A stretch of 64,000 nt of DNA, taken from positions 2,683,788 through 2,747,787 of the forward strand of contig OY970242.1 in NCBI GenBank assembly GCA_963715505.1, read 5' to 3'. Below the pieces are notes generated by a model. That model was given only the letters and a program-made list of their open reading frames with translations, searched no databases and was not told the origin of the DNA. The position numbers and the translations under genes are program-made. This DNA is from an uncultured Microthrixaceae bacterium. Lineage in GTDB: Bacteria; Actinomycetota; Acidimicrobiia; Acidimicrobiales; VFJN01. This document shows positions 54,119 through 63,477 of this stretch, piece by piece (position 1 is the stretch's first letter; every line of letters starts with the position of its first letter).

Positions 54119-54523
54119 TCAGCTCGACGGCGGCTCGCTCTCGCCGACGCAGCCGTCGGAGATGGTGAGCAGCGCGTTGCGCCCGAGCGTTCCGGAGAAG
54201 GTGGCGAAGGCGCTGTCGATGTCCTCCGGGTCGACGTCGGGGGTCAGGAAGTGGAAGGCGCCGCCGCCGCCACCGGGGCGGAACCCGGCGTAGGTCTCCC
54301 CGTCCACGTGCAGGGTCGCGGCCGACACGTCGGCCCGCCCGCCCGGCGTCAGGATCCAGTGCAGGTAGGGGTCCTGGTCCGGCGCGCACTCGACGACGCT
54401 GTCGAGACCTCGCGTGCCGTCCCAGTGGACCTGCTGGTTGGCCCATGCGGGGGCCGCCACCGCCGACACGCCAAGCACCACGAAGAGCGCGACGAGCACG
54501 CTCCAGAGCTTCTTGCTCATCAT
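54119..54523 (-). CDS. small secreted protein of unknown function (134 aa)
   Basis: Signal peptide MMSKKLWSVLVALFVVLGVSAVAAPAWA. A GAGAGG RBS lies 9-12 nt upstream of ATG 54523/54520. Confidence 0.55.
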   Translation of the reverse strand: MMSKKLWSVLVALFVVLGVSAVAAPAWANQQVHWDGTRGLDSVVECAPDQDPYLHWILTPGGRADVSAATLHVDGETYAGFRPGGGGGAFHFLTPDVDPEDIDSAFATFSGTLGRNALLTISDGCVGESEPPSS

Positions 54524-54758
54524 CTCGTCCATCCTCTCGGGGCCTTGCGAGCCCGATGGCCATGGACGCCGGTTTCGCCGTTCGCTCCCCACCAGGCCAG
54601 GCGACCAGGTACAGCCAGGCGGATCGTCACGTTCGCCCTTCGACGGAGGTACCGCCGATGAAGGCACTATCGCGACGAACGGCCGAGCGCGCAAGGGTTC
54701 CCTCGGCCGGCCCGCGTGCCTCGCCCGCAAGGCGGGGAACCGCCCGTACGCTCGGCGC

Positions 54759-56634
54759 ATGCGGCGCGGGGGTCACCACAGCATGATCGGCTCGGATCCC
54801 GCCGCTGTCGCGGGCGCCAGGCTCGATCCGTCGGTGCTGCGGCGGGTGTGGCGCTTCGCCCGGCCCTACCGCACGATGCTGGCCGGGTTCCTCGTCACGA
54901 TCGTGGCCGCCGCGCTCATCAGCCTGGCGCCGCCGCTGCTCTTCCGCGAGATCCTCGACGAGGCCATCCCCCGCGGCGACCGCCGCCTGCTCCACCTGCT
55001 GGCCGGCCTCATCGTGCTGGCAGCGGTCGCCGACGCCGGGCTCGCGCTCGTGGAGCGCTACCTGTCCGCCCGCATCGGCGAGGGGGTCATCTACGACCTC
55101 CGCGTGGCGCTGTTCGACCACGTGCAGCGCATGCCCATGTCGTTCTTCACCCGCGCCCAGACCGGCGCGCTCGACGAGCCGGCTGAGCAACGACGTGATG
55201 GGCGCGCAGCGCGCCGTCACCGGGACCCTCGGGTCGGTCGTGTCCAACGTCGTCACGCTGCTTGCCAACGGCACGGCCATCGTGCTGCTCGAGTGGCGCC
55301 TCGCCGTCATCTCGGTGGTGCTGCTCCCGCTGTTCATCGTCCCGGCCAAGCGCGTCGGTCGCCGCCTGCAGGAGCTCACCCGCGACCAGATGGAGCTCAA
55401 CGCGTCGATGAGCACGACCATGACGGAGCGCTTCAACGTGTCGGGCGCGCTGCTGGTGAAGCTCTTCGGCCGCGCGGAGGCCGAGACGACCGACTTCGCC
55501 GGCCGCGCCGACGGCGTGCGCTCGGTCGGGGTGCGCTCCGCGGTGTACGGCCGCACGTTCTTCGTGGCGCTCGGGCTCGTCGGCGCGCTCGCCACGGCCG
55601 CCGTCTACTGGATCGGCGGCCTGCTCGCCATCTCCGGCTCGGTCACCCCGGGGACCCTGGTGGCGCTGGCGGCGTTCGTGGGCCGCATCTACGGGCCGCT
55701 CACGTCGCTCACCAACGCGCGGGTCGAGGTCATGACCGCCTTCGTCAGCTTCGAGCGGGTGTTCGAGGTGCTCGACGCGCCCAGCCCGATCCAGGATCGA
55801 CCAGGTGCGGTCGACCTCGTCGCCCCGCGCGGCCGCATCGAGCTCGAGGACGTCCGCTTCGCCTACCCGACCACCTCCATCGTGGCCAGCCTCGAGTCGG
55901 GCGGATCGGTGCTCCACGAGCCGGACGCACCGACCTTCGTGCTCGACGGCGTCAGCGCCACCATCGAGCCGGGCCAGCTCGTGGCGCTCGTGGGGCCGTC
56001 GGGCGCGGGGAAGACGACCCTCTCCCAGCTCGTCCCGCGCCTCTACGACGTGACCGACGGCGCGGTGCGGATCGACGGCACCGACGTGCGCGACCTGACC
56101 CAGGAGAGCCTGCGCGCTGCGGTCGGCGTGGTGAGCCAGGACCCGCACATGTTCCACGACACGATCGGCAACAACCTGCGCTACGGCCGCCCCGACGCCA
56201 GCGACGACGAGGTCATGGCCGCTGCGACCGCCGCGCAGATCGGGCCGCTGATCCGGTCGCTGCCGAACGGGTTCGACACCATCGTGGGCGAGCGCGGGCA
56301 CCGCCTCTCCGGTGGCGAGAAGCAGCGGCTCGCCATCGCGCGCATGCTCCTGAAGGACCCCGCCATCGTGATCCTCGACGAGGCGACCAGCCACCTCGAC
56401 TCCGAGAACGAGGCGCTCGTGCAGCGGGCGCTCGCCGAGGCGCTCGCGGGCCGCACCAGCGTGGTGATCGCGCACCGGCTCTCGACCATCGTCGCGGCCG
56501 ACAACATCCTCGTGCTCGACCAGGGCCGCGTCGTGCAGCAGGGCACCCACGAGGAGCTCATCGAGGCCGGCGGCCTCTATGCCGACCTCTACCGGACGCT
56601 GCTGCACGCCGAGCTCACCGGCGAGGCGGTCTGA
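54759..56634 (+). pseudogene. ABC exporter (fused permease-ATPase) with an apparent +1 frameshift at about 55172-55173
   Basis: The N-part is in the frame of ORF 54414.. (MRRGGHHSMIGSDP...FFTRAQTGAL). The C-part is in the frame of ORF 55195.. (TSRLSNDVMGAQRAVTGTLGS...GPSGAGKTT...LSGGEKQR...ILDEATS). The conserved block TGAL-TSRLSNDV is split by a single extra base. Confidence 0.75.
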
Positions 56635-56697
56635 CCCCACGTCCTTGCGAGCGCGTCGGCGCGGCCTCGATCGGCTGCCGCCGGAGCTGGGGTGCCG

Positions 56698-56720
56698 GGA
56701 TCTGACGGCGCGTCAGGTCG
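56698..56720. promoter_or_regulatory. CTGACG-N3-CGTCAG palindrome, site A (19 nt upstream of the acyl-CoA dehydrogenase ATG)
   Basis: GGGATCTGACGGCGCGTCAGGTCG. Confidence 0.5.
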
Positions 56721-56738
56721 GCCGGTAGCGTCGCGCCG

Positions 56739-57926
56739 ATGGACCTGGGGTTCAGCGCCGAGGACGAGGCCTTCCGCCACGAGGTCCGCAGCTTCCTCGA
56801 GGACAGCTTGGCCGGAGACTTCGCCGAGGTCCGCGGCCGCGGCGGCCCTGGTGACGACGACTGCCTCTTCGAGGAGCGCCTGGCCTGGGAGCGCCACCTC
56901 GGCGCCAACGGCTGGACCTGCGTGGCGTGGCCCAAGGAGCACGGCGGGCGCGAGCTGTCGCTGCACCAGCAGGTCGTCTACTTCGAGGAGTACGCCCGGG
57001 CGCGCGCGCCGGGTCGCATCGGTCACATCGGCGAGACGCTGCTCGGGCCCACGCTGATCGCCTTCGGCAGCGAGGCGCAGCAGGCGCGCTTCCTGCCGGG
57101 CATCGTGGCGGGCACCGAGCTGTGGTGCCAGGGCTACAGCGAGCCCGGCGCCGGGTCCGATCTCGCCAACGTGCAGACCCGCGCCGAGCTCGTCGACGGC
57201 CAGTGGGTGGTGGAGGGCCAGAAGGTGTGGACGAGCCAGGCGCACTGGGCGGACTGGTGCTTCGTCCTGGCGCGCACGAACCGCGACGCCGCCAAGCACA
57301 AGGGCATCTCCTACCTCCTCGTGCCGATGCGCCAGGACGGTGTCGAGATCCGCCCGATCCACCAGGTGACCGGCGACTCGGAGTTCAACGAGGTGTTCTT
57401 CAGCGGCGCCCGCACCGAGGAGGCGAACGTGGTCGGCGAGGTCGACGGTGGGTGGCGCGTGGCGATGGGCACGCTCGCCTTCGAGCGGGGCGCGTCGACG
57501 CTCGGGCAGAACCTGATGTTCCTCAACGAGTGGGACGAGGTGGTGGCGGTCGCCCGTGCCAACGGCCGCATCGACGACGCCGCGCTGCGCCAGCGCATCG
57601 TCGACTGCTGGGTGCGCTTGCGGCTGATGCGGCTCAACGCCATGCGCATCATGTCGTCGACCCACGAGGCGCCGCCCGCCGCGATGGTCACGAAGCTGTT
57701 CTGGGCCACCCTGCACCGCGACCTCGGCGAGCTGGCGATGGACGTCCTCGGCGCCGAGGCCACCCTGCGCACCGGTGCCCCACGGCCCGACGGCACCGCC
57801 GACTTCTCGCGCCTGCAGCGGCTCTTCCTCTTCAGCCGCAGTGACACCATCTACGCCGGCACGAACCAGATCCAGCGCAACATCATCGGCGAGCGCGCGC
57901 TCGGCCTGCCCAAGGAGCCGTCATGA
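56739..57926 (+). CDS. acyl-CoA dehydrogenase
   Basis: 395 aa. WCQGYSEPGAGSDLA, a C-terminal QRLFLFSRSDTIYAGTNQIQRNIIGERALGLP, and typical ACAD N/M/C domain order. Confidence 0.9.
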   Translation: MDLGFSAEDEAFRHEVRSFLEDSLAGDFAEVRGRGGPGDDDCLFEERLAWERHLGANGWTCVAWPKEHGGRELSLHQQVVYFEEYARARAPGRIGHIGETLLGPTLIAFGSEAQQARFLPGIVAGTELWCQGYSEPGAGSDLANVQTRAELVDGQWVVEGQKVWTSQAHWADWCFVLARTNRDAAKHKGISYLLVPMRQDGVEIRPIHQVTGDSEFNEVFFSGARTEEANVVGEVDGGWRVAMGTLAFERGASTLGQNLMFLNEWDEVVAVARANGRIDDAALRQRIVDCWVRLRLMRLNAMRIMSSTHEAPPAAMVTKLFWATLHRDLGELAMDVLGAEATLRTGAPRPDGTADFSRLQRLFLFSRSDTIYAGTNQIQRNIIGERALGLPKEPS

Positions 57927-57993
57927 CCCGTCCCGGCGCGATGCTCGAGCGGGTGCGATGCCCGAACCGCCCGAGAGCCAGGAGCGACCGACG

Positions 57994-58779
57994 ATGACAA
58001 CACCGGCACCCACTCGGCCCCCCGCCGGGCGCGACCTGCTGGCGGGCAAGGTCGTGCTGGTGACGGCGGCGGCGGGCACCGGGATCGGCAACGCGACGGC
58101 GCGCCGCTGCATCGAGGAGGGCGCCACCGTGGTGCTCAGCGATGCCCACGAGCGGCGCCTCGGCGAGGCAGCCGACGAGCTCGAGGCGCTGGCCGGCAGC
58201 GGTCTGCTCAGCGTGGCCTGCGACGTGACGGTGGAGGCTCAGGTGCAGGCCATGGTCGACGCCACCGTCGCCGAGCACGGGCGCATCGACGTGGTGGTCA
58301 ACAACGCGGGCCTCGGCGGCACGGCCGAGCTCGTCGACATGACCGACGAGCAGTGGTCGAAGGTGCTCGACATCACGCTGACCGGCACGATGCGCTGCAT
58401 GCGCGCCACCCTGCGGCAGATGTACGAGCAGCGGTCTGGCGTGATCGTCAACAACGCGTCGGTGCTCGGCTGGCGGGCACAGGCGGGCCAGGCCCACTAC
58501 GCCGCCGCCAAGGCGGGCGTCATGGCGCTGACTCGCTGCGGCGCGATCGAGGCGGCCCGGCACGGCGTGCGCATCAACGCCGTGGCGCCGTCGCTGGCCA
58601 TGCACCCCTTCCTCGCCAAGGTCACGACCGGCGAGCTGCTCGACGAGCTGACCAGCCGCGAGGCGTTCGGTCGGGCGGCCCAGCCGTGGGAGGTGGCGAC
58701 CGTCATCGCCTTCCTGGCGAGCGACTACTCCACGTACATGACCGGCGAGGTCGTGTCGGTGTCGTCGCAGCGGGCGTGA
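57994..58779 (+). CDS. SDR-family oxidoreductase
   Basis: AGGAG lies 9 nt upstream of ATG 57994. VLVTAAAGTGIGNA (TGxxxGxG variant), NNAG, and the YAAAK catalytic motif. Confidence 0.85.
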   Translation: MTTPAPTRPPAGRDLLAGKVVLVTAAAGTGIGNATARRCIEEGATVVLSDAHERRLGEAADELEALAGSGLLSVACDVTVEAQVQAMVDATVAEHGRIDVVVNNAGLGGTAELVDMTDEQWSKVLDITLTGTMRCMRATLRQMYEQRSGVIVNNASVLGWRAQAGQAHYAAAKAGVMALTRCGAIEAARHGVRINAVAPSLAMHPFLAKVTTGELLDELTSREAFGRAAQPWEVATVIAFLASDYSTYMTGEVVSVSSQRA

Positions 58780-59234
58780 TGGCGGCGTTCGAGACGCTCG
58801 ACGCGCTGCGCGGCGCGGTCGGCGACCACCTCGGCTGGACCGAGTGGGTCGAGGTCGACCAGGCCCGCGTCGACCGCTTCGCCGAGGCCACCGGCGACCA
58901 CCAGTGGATCCACGTCGACGTGGCGCGCGCCCGCGCCGAGAGCCCCTTCGGTGGCCCGATCGCCCACGGCTACCTCACGCTGGCGCTGTCGAACCTGTTC
59001 CTGCCGCAGCTGCTGCAGGTGCCCGGCGCGTCGGCAGGGGTGAACTACGGCACCGGCAGGGTGCGCTTCCCGGCGCCGGTGTCCGTGGGCAGCCGCGTCC
59101 GGGCCGGCGCCGAGATCGCCGCCGTCGAGGAGATCGCGGGCGGCGTCCAGACCACGATCACCATCACGATCGAGGTCGAGGGCGGCGACAAGCCCGCCTG
59201 CGTCATCGAGTCGCTCAGCCGTTGGCTCGAGTAG
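58779..59234 (+). CDS. MaoC-like (R)-specific enoyl-CoA hydratase/dehydratase
   Basis: Its ATG overlaps the SDR stop (TGATG). Sequence: FAEATGDHQWIHVDVARARAESPFGGPIAHGYLTLAL (hot-dog fold motif). Confidence 0.85.
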   Translation: MAAFETLDALRGAVGDHLGWTEWVEVDQARVDRFAEATGDHQWIHVDVARARAESPFGGPIAHGYLTLALSNLFLPQLLQVPGASAGVNYGTGRVRFPAPVSVGSRVRAGAEIAAVEEIAGGVQTTITITIEVEGGDKPACVIESLSRWLE

Positions 59235-59398
59235 CCGGCAGCTCGGCCTCGGCGAGGTTCTCGATGGGGCTGGGCGAGGTCCCCTCAGGCGCCGTCGGGC
59301 TGCAGCTGGAGGACCATCGGCCCCCCGGTCGTGGCGTCGAAGAACCGGCTCGGCTCGGTGGGCTGGCGCATGGCGCCATGGTGCCCGAAGCGGTCTCG

Positions 59399-60595
59399 TC
59401 AGGTCGTCAGCAGGACGGCGCTCCCGTGGCCGAAGAGGCCCTGGTTGACGGTGATGCCGGCGGTGGCGCCCTCGACCTGGCGCCCCTCCGCCTGGCCGCG
59501 CAGCTGCCAGGTGACCTCGCAGACCTGGGCGATGGCCTGGGCGGGCACCGCCTCGCCGAAGCAGGCCAGCCCGCCTGACGGGTTGACGGGCACGCGGCCG
59601 CCGATGGTGGTGTCGCCGTCGTTGAGGAGGCGCTCTGCCTCGCCCTCCTTGCAGAGCCCGATGTTCTCGTACCAGTCGAGCTCGAGCGCCGTGGAGAGGT
59701 CGTACACCTCGGCCAGGCTCAGCTCGTCGGGGCCGATGCCGGCCTCGTCGTAGGCGCCCTGCGCGATCGAGTCGCGGAAGGTGCGCTCGGGCGGGGCGAG
59801 GGCCGCCGCGGAGTCGGTGGCGAAGTTGGGCATCTCGATCACCGTGTTCGGGAACTGCGGCGTGACCGTGGAGATGGCGCGGACGCGCACCGGCGCCGCG
59901 ATGCCATGGGCGCGGGCGTAGTCCATCGAGGTGAGGACGACCGCGGCGGCGCCGTCGGAGGTGGCGCAGATCTCGAGCAGCCGCAAGGGGTCGGCGACCA
60001 TCGGCGAGGCCAGCACCTCCTCCTCGGTGACCTCCTTGCGGTAGCGCGCGTTCGGGTTGTGCAGCCCGTGACGGGCGTTCTTCACCTTGACCTTGGCGAA
60101 GTCGGCGTCGGTGGCGCCGTAGAGGTCGATGCGGCGACGGGCGTAGAGCGCGAAGTACGTCGGGTTGGTGGCGCCGAGCAGCCGGAAGCGCAGCCAGTCG
60201 GGGTCGTCCCAGCGCTCGCCGGCCACGGGCGCGAGGAACCCCTTCGGCGTCGTGTCGGCGCCCACCACGAGCGCCACGTCGCACAGCCCGGCGAGGATGC
60301 GCGTGCGCGCCGCCTCGAGCGCGGTGGCCCCCGACGCGCACGCCGCGTAGCACGACGCCACCCGCGCGCCGTTCCAGCCGAGCGCCTGCGTGAGCGTCGA
60401 GGCGGCGACGTAGCCCGGGTAGCCGTTGCGGACCGTCTCGCCGCCGGCCACGAACTGCACGTCGGTCCAGTCGATGCCCGCGTCGTCGAGCGCGGCGAGC
60501 GCGGCGTCGATGCCGTACTCGTGGAAGGGCCGGCCCCACTTGCCCCACGGGTGCATGCCGACGCCGGCGACGGCGACGGGCTCGGGCGCGCTCAC
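59399..60595 (-). CDS. thiolase-like lipid-transfer (SCP-x/Ltp-type) protein
   Basis: GTG 60595 overlaps the stop of the DUF35 gene (GTGA). Sequence: VAVAGVGMHPWGKW...SCYAACASGATAL...NPSGGLACFGEAVPAQA. Confidence 0.85.
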   Translation of the reverse strand: MSAPEPVAVAGVGMHPWGKWGRPFHEYGIDAALAALDDAGIDWTDVQFVAGGETVRNGYPGYVAASTLTQALGWNGARVASCYAACASGATALEAARTRILAGLCDVALVVGADTTPKGFLAPVAGERWDDPDWLRFRLLGATNPTYFALYARRRIDLYGATDADFAKVKVKNARHGLHNPNARYRKEVTEEEVLASPMVADPLRLLEICATSDGAAAVVLTSMDYARAHGIAAPVRVRAISTVTPQFPNTVIEMPNFATDSAAALAPPERTFRDSIAQGAYDEAGIGPDELSLAEVYDLSTALELDWYENIGLCKEGEAERLLNDGDTTIGGRVPVNPSGGLACFGEAVPAQAIAQVCEVTWQLRGQAEGRQVEGATAGITVNQGLFGHGSAVLLTT

Positions 60596-61026
60596 GAGCT
60601 GACCGGCTTCCAGCGGTAGATGAGGTGCTCGACGCCGTCGACCTCGTACAGCGGCTCGACGACGAGCTCGACGGCCGCCCCGACCGACAGGTCGTCGACG
60701 CCGAAGCCCTTCGCCACCTGGCCGAGCACGACGAGCTGCTCGGCAGCGAGCTCCACAGCGGCGAGCGCGAAGGGCTCGTAGGGGTCCGACGCCGGGAGGT
60801 AGGGCGGCGGCGGCTGGTACTGCGCGTCGGTGTAGCTCCACACCGTGCCGGTGCGGGACAGCTCGATGTCGTCGAACTGGCGGCCGCGGCACGCCGGGTT
60901 GCGGCAGAAGCCGGCCGAGCGCGGGAAGAACACGGTGCCGCAGGTGGTGCAGCGCGTGCCCAGCAGCCGCGGTTCGGCCTCGGTGGTGAACCAGCCCTCG
61001 ACGGCCGGCACCGGGGTGGGAGACAT
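60592..61026 (-). CDS. Zn-ribbon + OB-fold protein (DUF35 family), partner of the thiolase-like protein
   Basis: LLGTRCTTCGTVFFPRSAGFCRNPACRG (rubredoxin-like Zn ribbon) followed by an OB-fold segment. Confidence 0.85.
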   Translation of the reverse strand: MSPTPVPAVEGWFTTEAEPRLLGTRCTTCGTVFFPRSAGFCRNPACRGRQFDDIELSRTGTVWSYTDAQYQPPPPYLPASDPYEPFALAAVELAAEQLVVLGQVAKGFGVDDLSVGAAVELVVEPLYEVDGVEHLIYRWKPVSS

Positions 61027-61047
61027 CGTCGCTCCTCGTGGCGAGTC

Positions 61048-61070
61048 GGTTCCTGACGGAGCGTCAGATC
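61048..61070. promoter_or_regulatory. CTGACG-N3-CGTCAG palindrome, site B (22 nt upstream of the DUF35 start)
   Basis: GGTTCCTGACGGAGCGTCAGATC. Confidence 0.5.
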
Positions 61071-61200
61071 ATTGGCGAGTCTCGCACACGCCTGATGGCC
61101 CTCGCCGCTTTGCCCACCCGGGCGCGCGTCTGGTGGGATGACCCCTCGGGATGCCGGCAGGGCGAATCCTGGGTTTCGAACGACCGAAGAACGGCCATCG

Positions 61201-61881
61201 GTGGACGACGCACTCACCAAGTCGGAACGAGAGGCGCTCAAGGCGATCTACCGCCTCACCCGGGAGGGCGCCGACGCCCACACCGGAGCGCTCGCCGACG
61301 TGCTCGGCCTCTCCCCCGGCACCGTCACCACCACGGTCAAGCGCCTCGCCGACCGCGGCTTCGTCGACCATCGTCCCTACCAGGGCGTGAGCTTCACGGA
61401 CCGGGGCCGCCAGATCGCCGTGGCTGCCATCCGGCGCCACCGCATCGTCGAGCGCTTCCTCGCCGACATGCTCGGCTACGCCTGGAACGAGGCCGACCGC
61501 TTCGCGGTCAGCTTCGAGCACGAGCTGCCCGACGAGGTGCTCGAGCGGCTCTTCGTCGCGCTGCACCAGCCCGTGACCTGCCCCCACGGCTTCCCGATCC
61601 CCAGCGCCGAGGACGGTGAGCTGCCGGCCACGCCGGCCCTCTACGCGCTCGAACCGGGCGACGTCGCCGAGGTGGCCCTGTCGGGCTCGACCGACCCGGA
61701 GCTGGTCACCTTCCTCGGCACGCTCGGGCTCGTCCCCGGCGTCGAGGTCGTGGTGGTCGAGAAGCACCCCTTCGACGGTCCGCTCGTCGTCAAGGTCGAC
61801 GGCCAGGACCGCACGCTCGGCGAGCGGGTGGCGCGCCAGATCTACGTCACCCGGCGCGACTCCGCCACGAGCGCGTCCTGA
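61201..61881 (+). CDS. DtxR-family metal-dependent regulator (IdeR/MntR-like) with a C-terminal FeoA/SH3-like domain
   Basis: GTG 61201. Sequence: LADVLGLSPGTVTTTVKRLADRGFVDHRPYQGVSFTDRGRQIAVAAIRRHRIVERFL...HELPDEVLERL...CPHGFPIP. Confidence 0.85.
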   Translation: MDDALTKSEREALKAIYRLTREGADAHTGALADVLGLSPGTVTTTVKRLADRGFVDHRPYQGVSFTDRGRQIAVAAIRRHRIVERFLADMLGYAWNEADRFAVSFEHELPDEVLERLFVALHQPVTCPHGFPIPSAEDGELPATPALYALEPGDVAEVALSGSTDPELVTFLGTLGLVPGVEVVVVEKHPFDGPLVVKVDGQDRTLGERVARQIYVTRRDSATSAS

Positions 61882-61884
61882 CGT

Positions 61885-62640
61885 TCAGCCGTCGGCGGCC
61901 GCGGCGAGGAAGGCCGGGCGCTCCCCGCCGCCGTGGAGCAGCAGGTTGGCGCCGGTGGCGTAGCCCGACAGGGGGCTGGCGAGGAACACGACCGCGTCGG
62001 CGACGTCGCCCGGCGTGCACATGCGCCCGTTCGGCACCGTTGCCGCAACCCGCGCGACGCCCTGCGCGCCGCCGTAGTGCTCGAGGCTGTCGTCGGTGGC
62101 GACGAGGCCGGCGGACACCGCGTTGACGCGCACCTTGGGCGCCCACTCGACGGCGAGCGTCTGCGTGAGGTTGAGCAGTCCGGCCTTCGCTGCGCCGTAG
62201 GCGGCCGTGCCCGGCGAGGGACGCAGGCCGCTCACGCTGGCCACGTTGACGACGGCACCGCCGTCCGCCTGCGCCTGCATCACGCGGTTGGCGGCCTGCG
62301 CCACGTGGAGCGGAGCCAGCAGGTTGAGGCGGATGATGGCCTCGCTGAAGCGCGGCGAGGCATCGGCGGCGTCGGCGCTGGGGGACCCGCCGGCGTTGTT
62401 GACCGCCACGTCGAGCCGGCCGTGGCGCGCGACCACGGCGTCCACGAGCGCGCCGACCTGGTCGGGGTCGCGCACGTCGCACGCCACGAACTCGTGCTGC
62501 GGCTGGGCCGGCTCGTTGCGACCGCAGACCACCACGGCGGCACCTGCCTCGGTGAGGCGGTCGGCGATGGCGGCGCCGATGCCCTTGGTGCCGCCGGTGA
62601 CGAGGGCCACCCGGCCGCTGAGGTCGACGCTGATCGCCAT
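61885..62640 (-). CDS. SDR-family oxidoreductase
   Basis: ATG 62640. ALVTGGTKGIGAAIA, NNAG, YGAAKAG. Confidence 0.85.
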   Translation of the reverse strand: MAISVDLSGRVALVTGGTKGIGAAIADRLTEAGAAVVVCGRNEPAQPQHEFVACDVRDPDQVGALVDAVVARHGRLDVAVNNAGGSPSADAADASPRFSEAIIRLNLLAPLHVAQAANRVMQAQADGGAVVNVASVSGLRPSPGTAAYGAAKAGLLNLTQTLAVEWAPKVRVNAVSAGLVATDDSLEHYGGAQGVARVAATVPNGRMCTPGDVADAVVFLASPLSGYATGANLLLHGGGERPAFLAAAADG

Positions 62641-62674
62641 CGGCGAAGGTGTACCAGACCGGGGCCGCCAACTA

Positions 62675-62698
62675 GGTTCCTGACGACCCGTCAGAACC
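62675..62698. promoter_or_regulatory. CTGACG-N3-CGTCAG palindrome, site C (SDR/enoyl-CoA hydratase divergent region)
   Basis: GGTTCCTGACGACCCGTCAGAACC. It lies 18 nt upstream of ATG 62716 and 35 nt upstream of the minus-strand ATG 62640. Confidence 0.5.
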
Positions 62699-62715
62699 GC
62701 AGCGAGGCCGCCCGC

Positions 62716-63477
62716 ATGCCGACCACGAGCACCACCCACGACGACGGCGTCGCCGAGGTCGTGATGGACAACCCGCCGGTCAACGCCCTGACGGTGGCCG
62801 GCTGGTTCGAGCTGGCCGACCTGCTCGGCGAGCTCGGGCGCGACCCGCAGGTGCGCGCGGTGGTGCTCCGGGCCGAGGGGCGCGGCTTCAACGCCGGGGT
62901 CGACATCAAGGAGATGCAGGCGACCGAGGGCTTCGAGGCGCTGATCGGCGCCAACCGCGGCTGCTACGCCGCCTTCGCGGCGGTCTACGACTGCCCGGTG
63001 CCCGTCGTCGCCGCGGTCAACGGGTTCTGCCTGGGCGGCGGCATCGGCCTGGTCGGCAACGCCGACGTGATCGTCGCCGCCGACGACGCCACCTTCGGGC
63101 TGCCCGAGGTCGACCGCGGGGCGCTGGGCGCTGCCACGCACCTGTCGCGCCTCGTGCCCCAGCACAAGATGCGGGCGATGGTCTACACGTCGGCCACCGC
63201 GTCGGCGCAGGAGCTGCACCACTTCGGGTCGGTGCTCCAGGTCGTTCCTGCGGGCGAGCTGCGCGACGCCGCCATGGCGGTCGCACGGCAGATCGCGGCC
63301 AAGTCGCCGACGGTGATCCGGGCCGCCAAGGAGAGCCTCAACGGGATCGACCCCTGGGACGTCAAGCGGTCGTACCGCTTCGAGCAGGGTTTCACGTTCG
63401 AGCTCAACCTCTCCGGCGTGGCCGACGAGCACCGCGACGCCTTCGTCACCAAGCGCGAGACCGACACGTCGACATGA
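62716..63477 (+). CDS. enoyl-CoA hydratase/isomerase (crotonase fold)
   Basis: VVLRAEGRGFNAGVDIKEM...AAVNGFCLGGGIGLVGNADVIVAADDATFGLPEVDRG. Confidence 0.85.
   Translation: MPTTSTTHDDGVAEVVMDNPPVNALTVAGWFELADLLGELGRDPQVRAVVLRAEGRGFNAGVDIKEMQATEGFEALIGANRGCYAAFAAVYDCPVPVVAAVNGFCLGGGIGLVGNADVIVAADDATFGLPEVDRGALGAATHLSRLVPQHKMRAMVYTSATASAQELHHFGSVLQVVPAGELRDAAMAVARQIAAKSPTVIRAAKESLNGIDPWDVKRSYRFEQGFTFELNLSGVADEHRDAFVTKRETDTST

Noticed and set aside
59235-59398. A 28-codon minus-strand ORF (MRQPTEPSRFFDATTGGPMVLQLQPDGA) in the convergent gap between the MaoC and thiolase-like genes.
   Set aside because: It is too short, has no RBS or recognisable motif, and could be a gene remnant or chance ORF.
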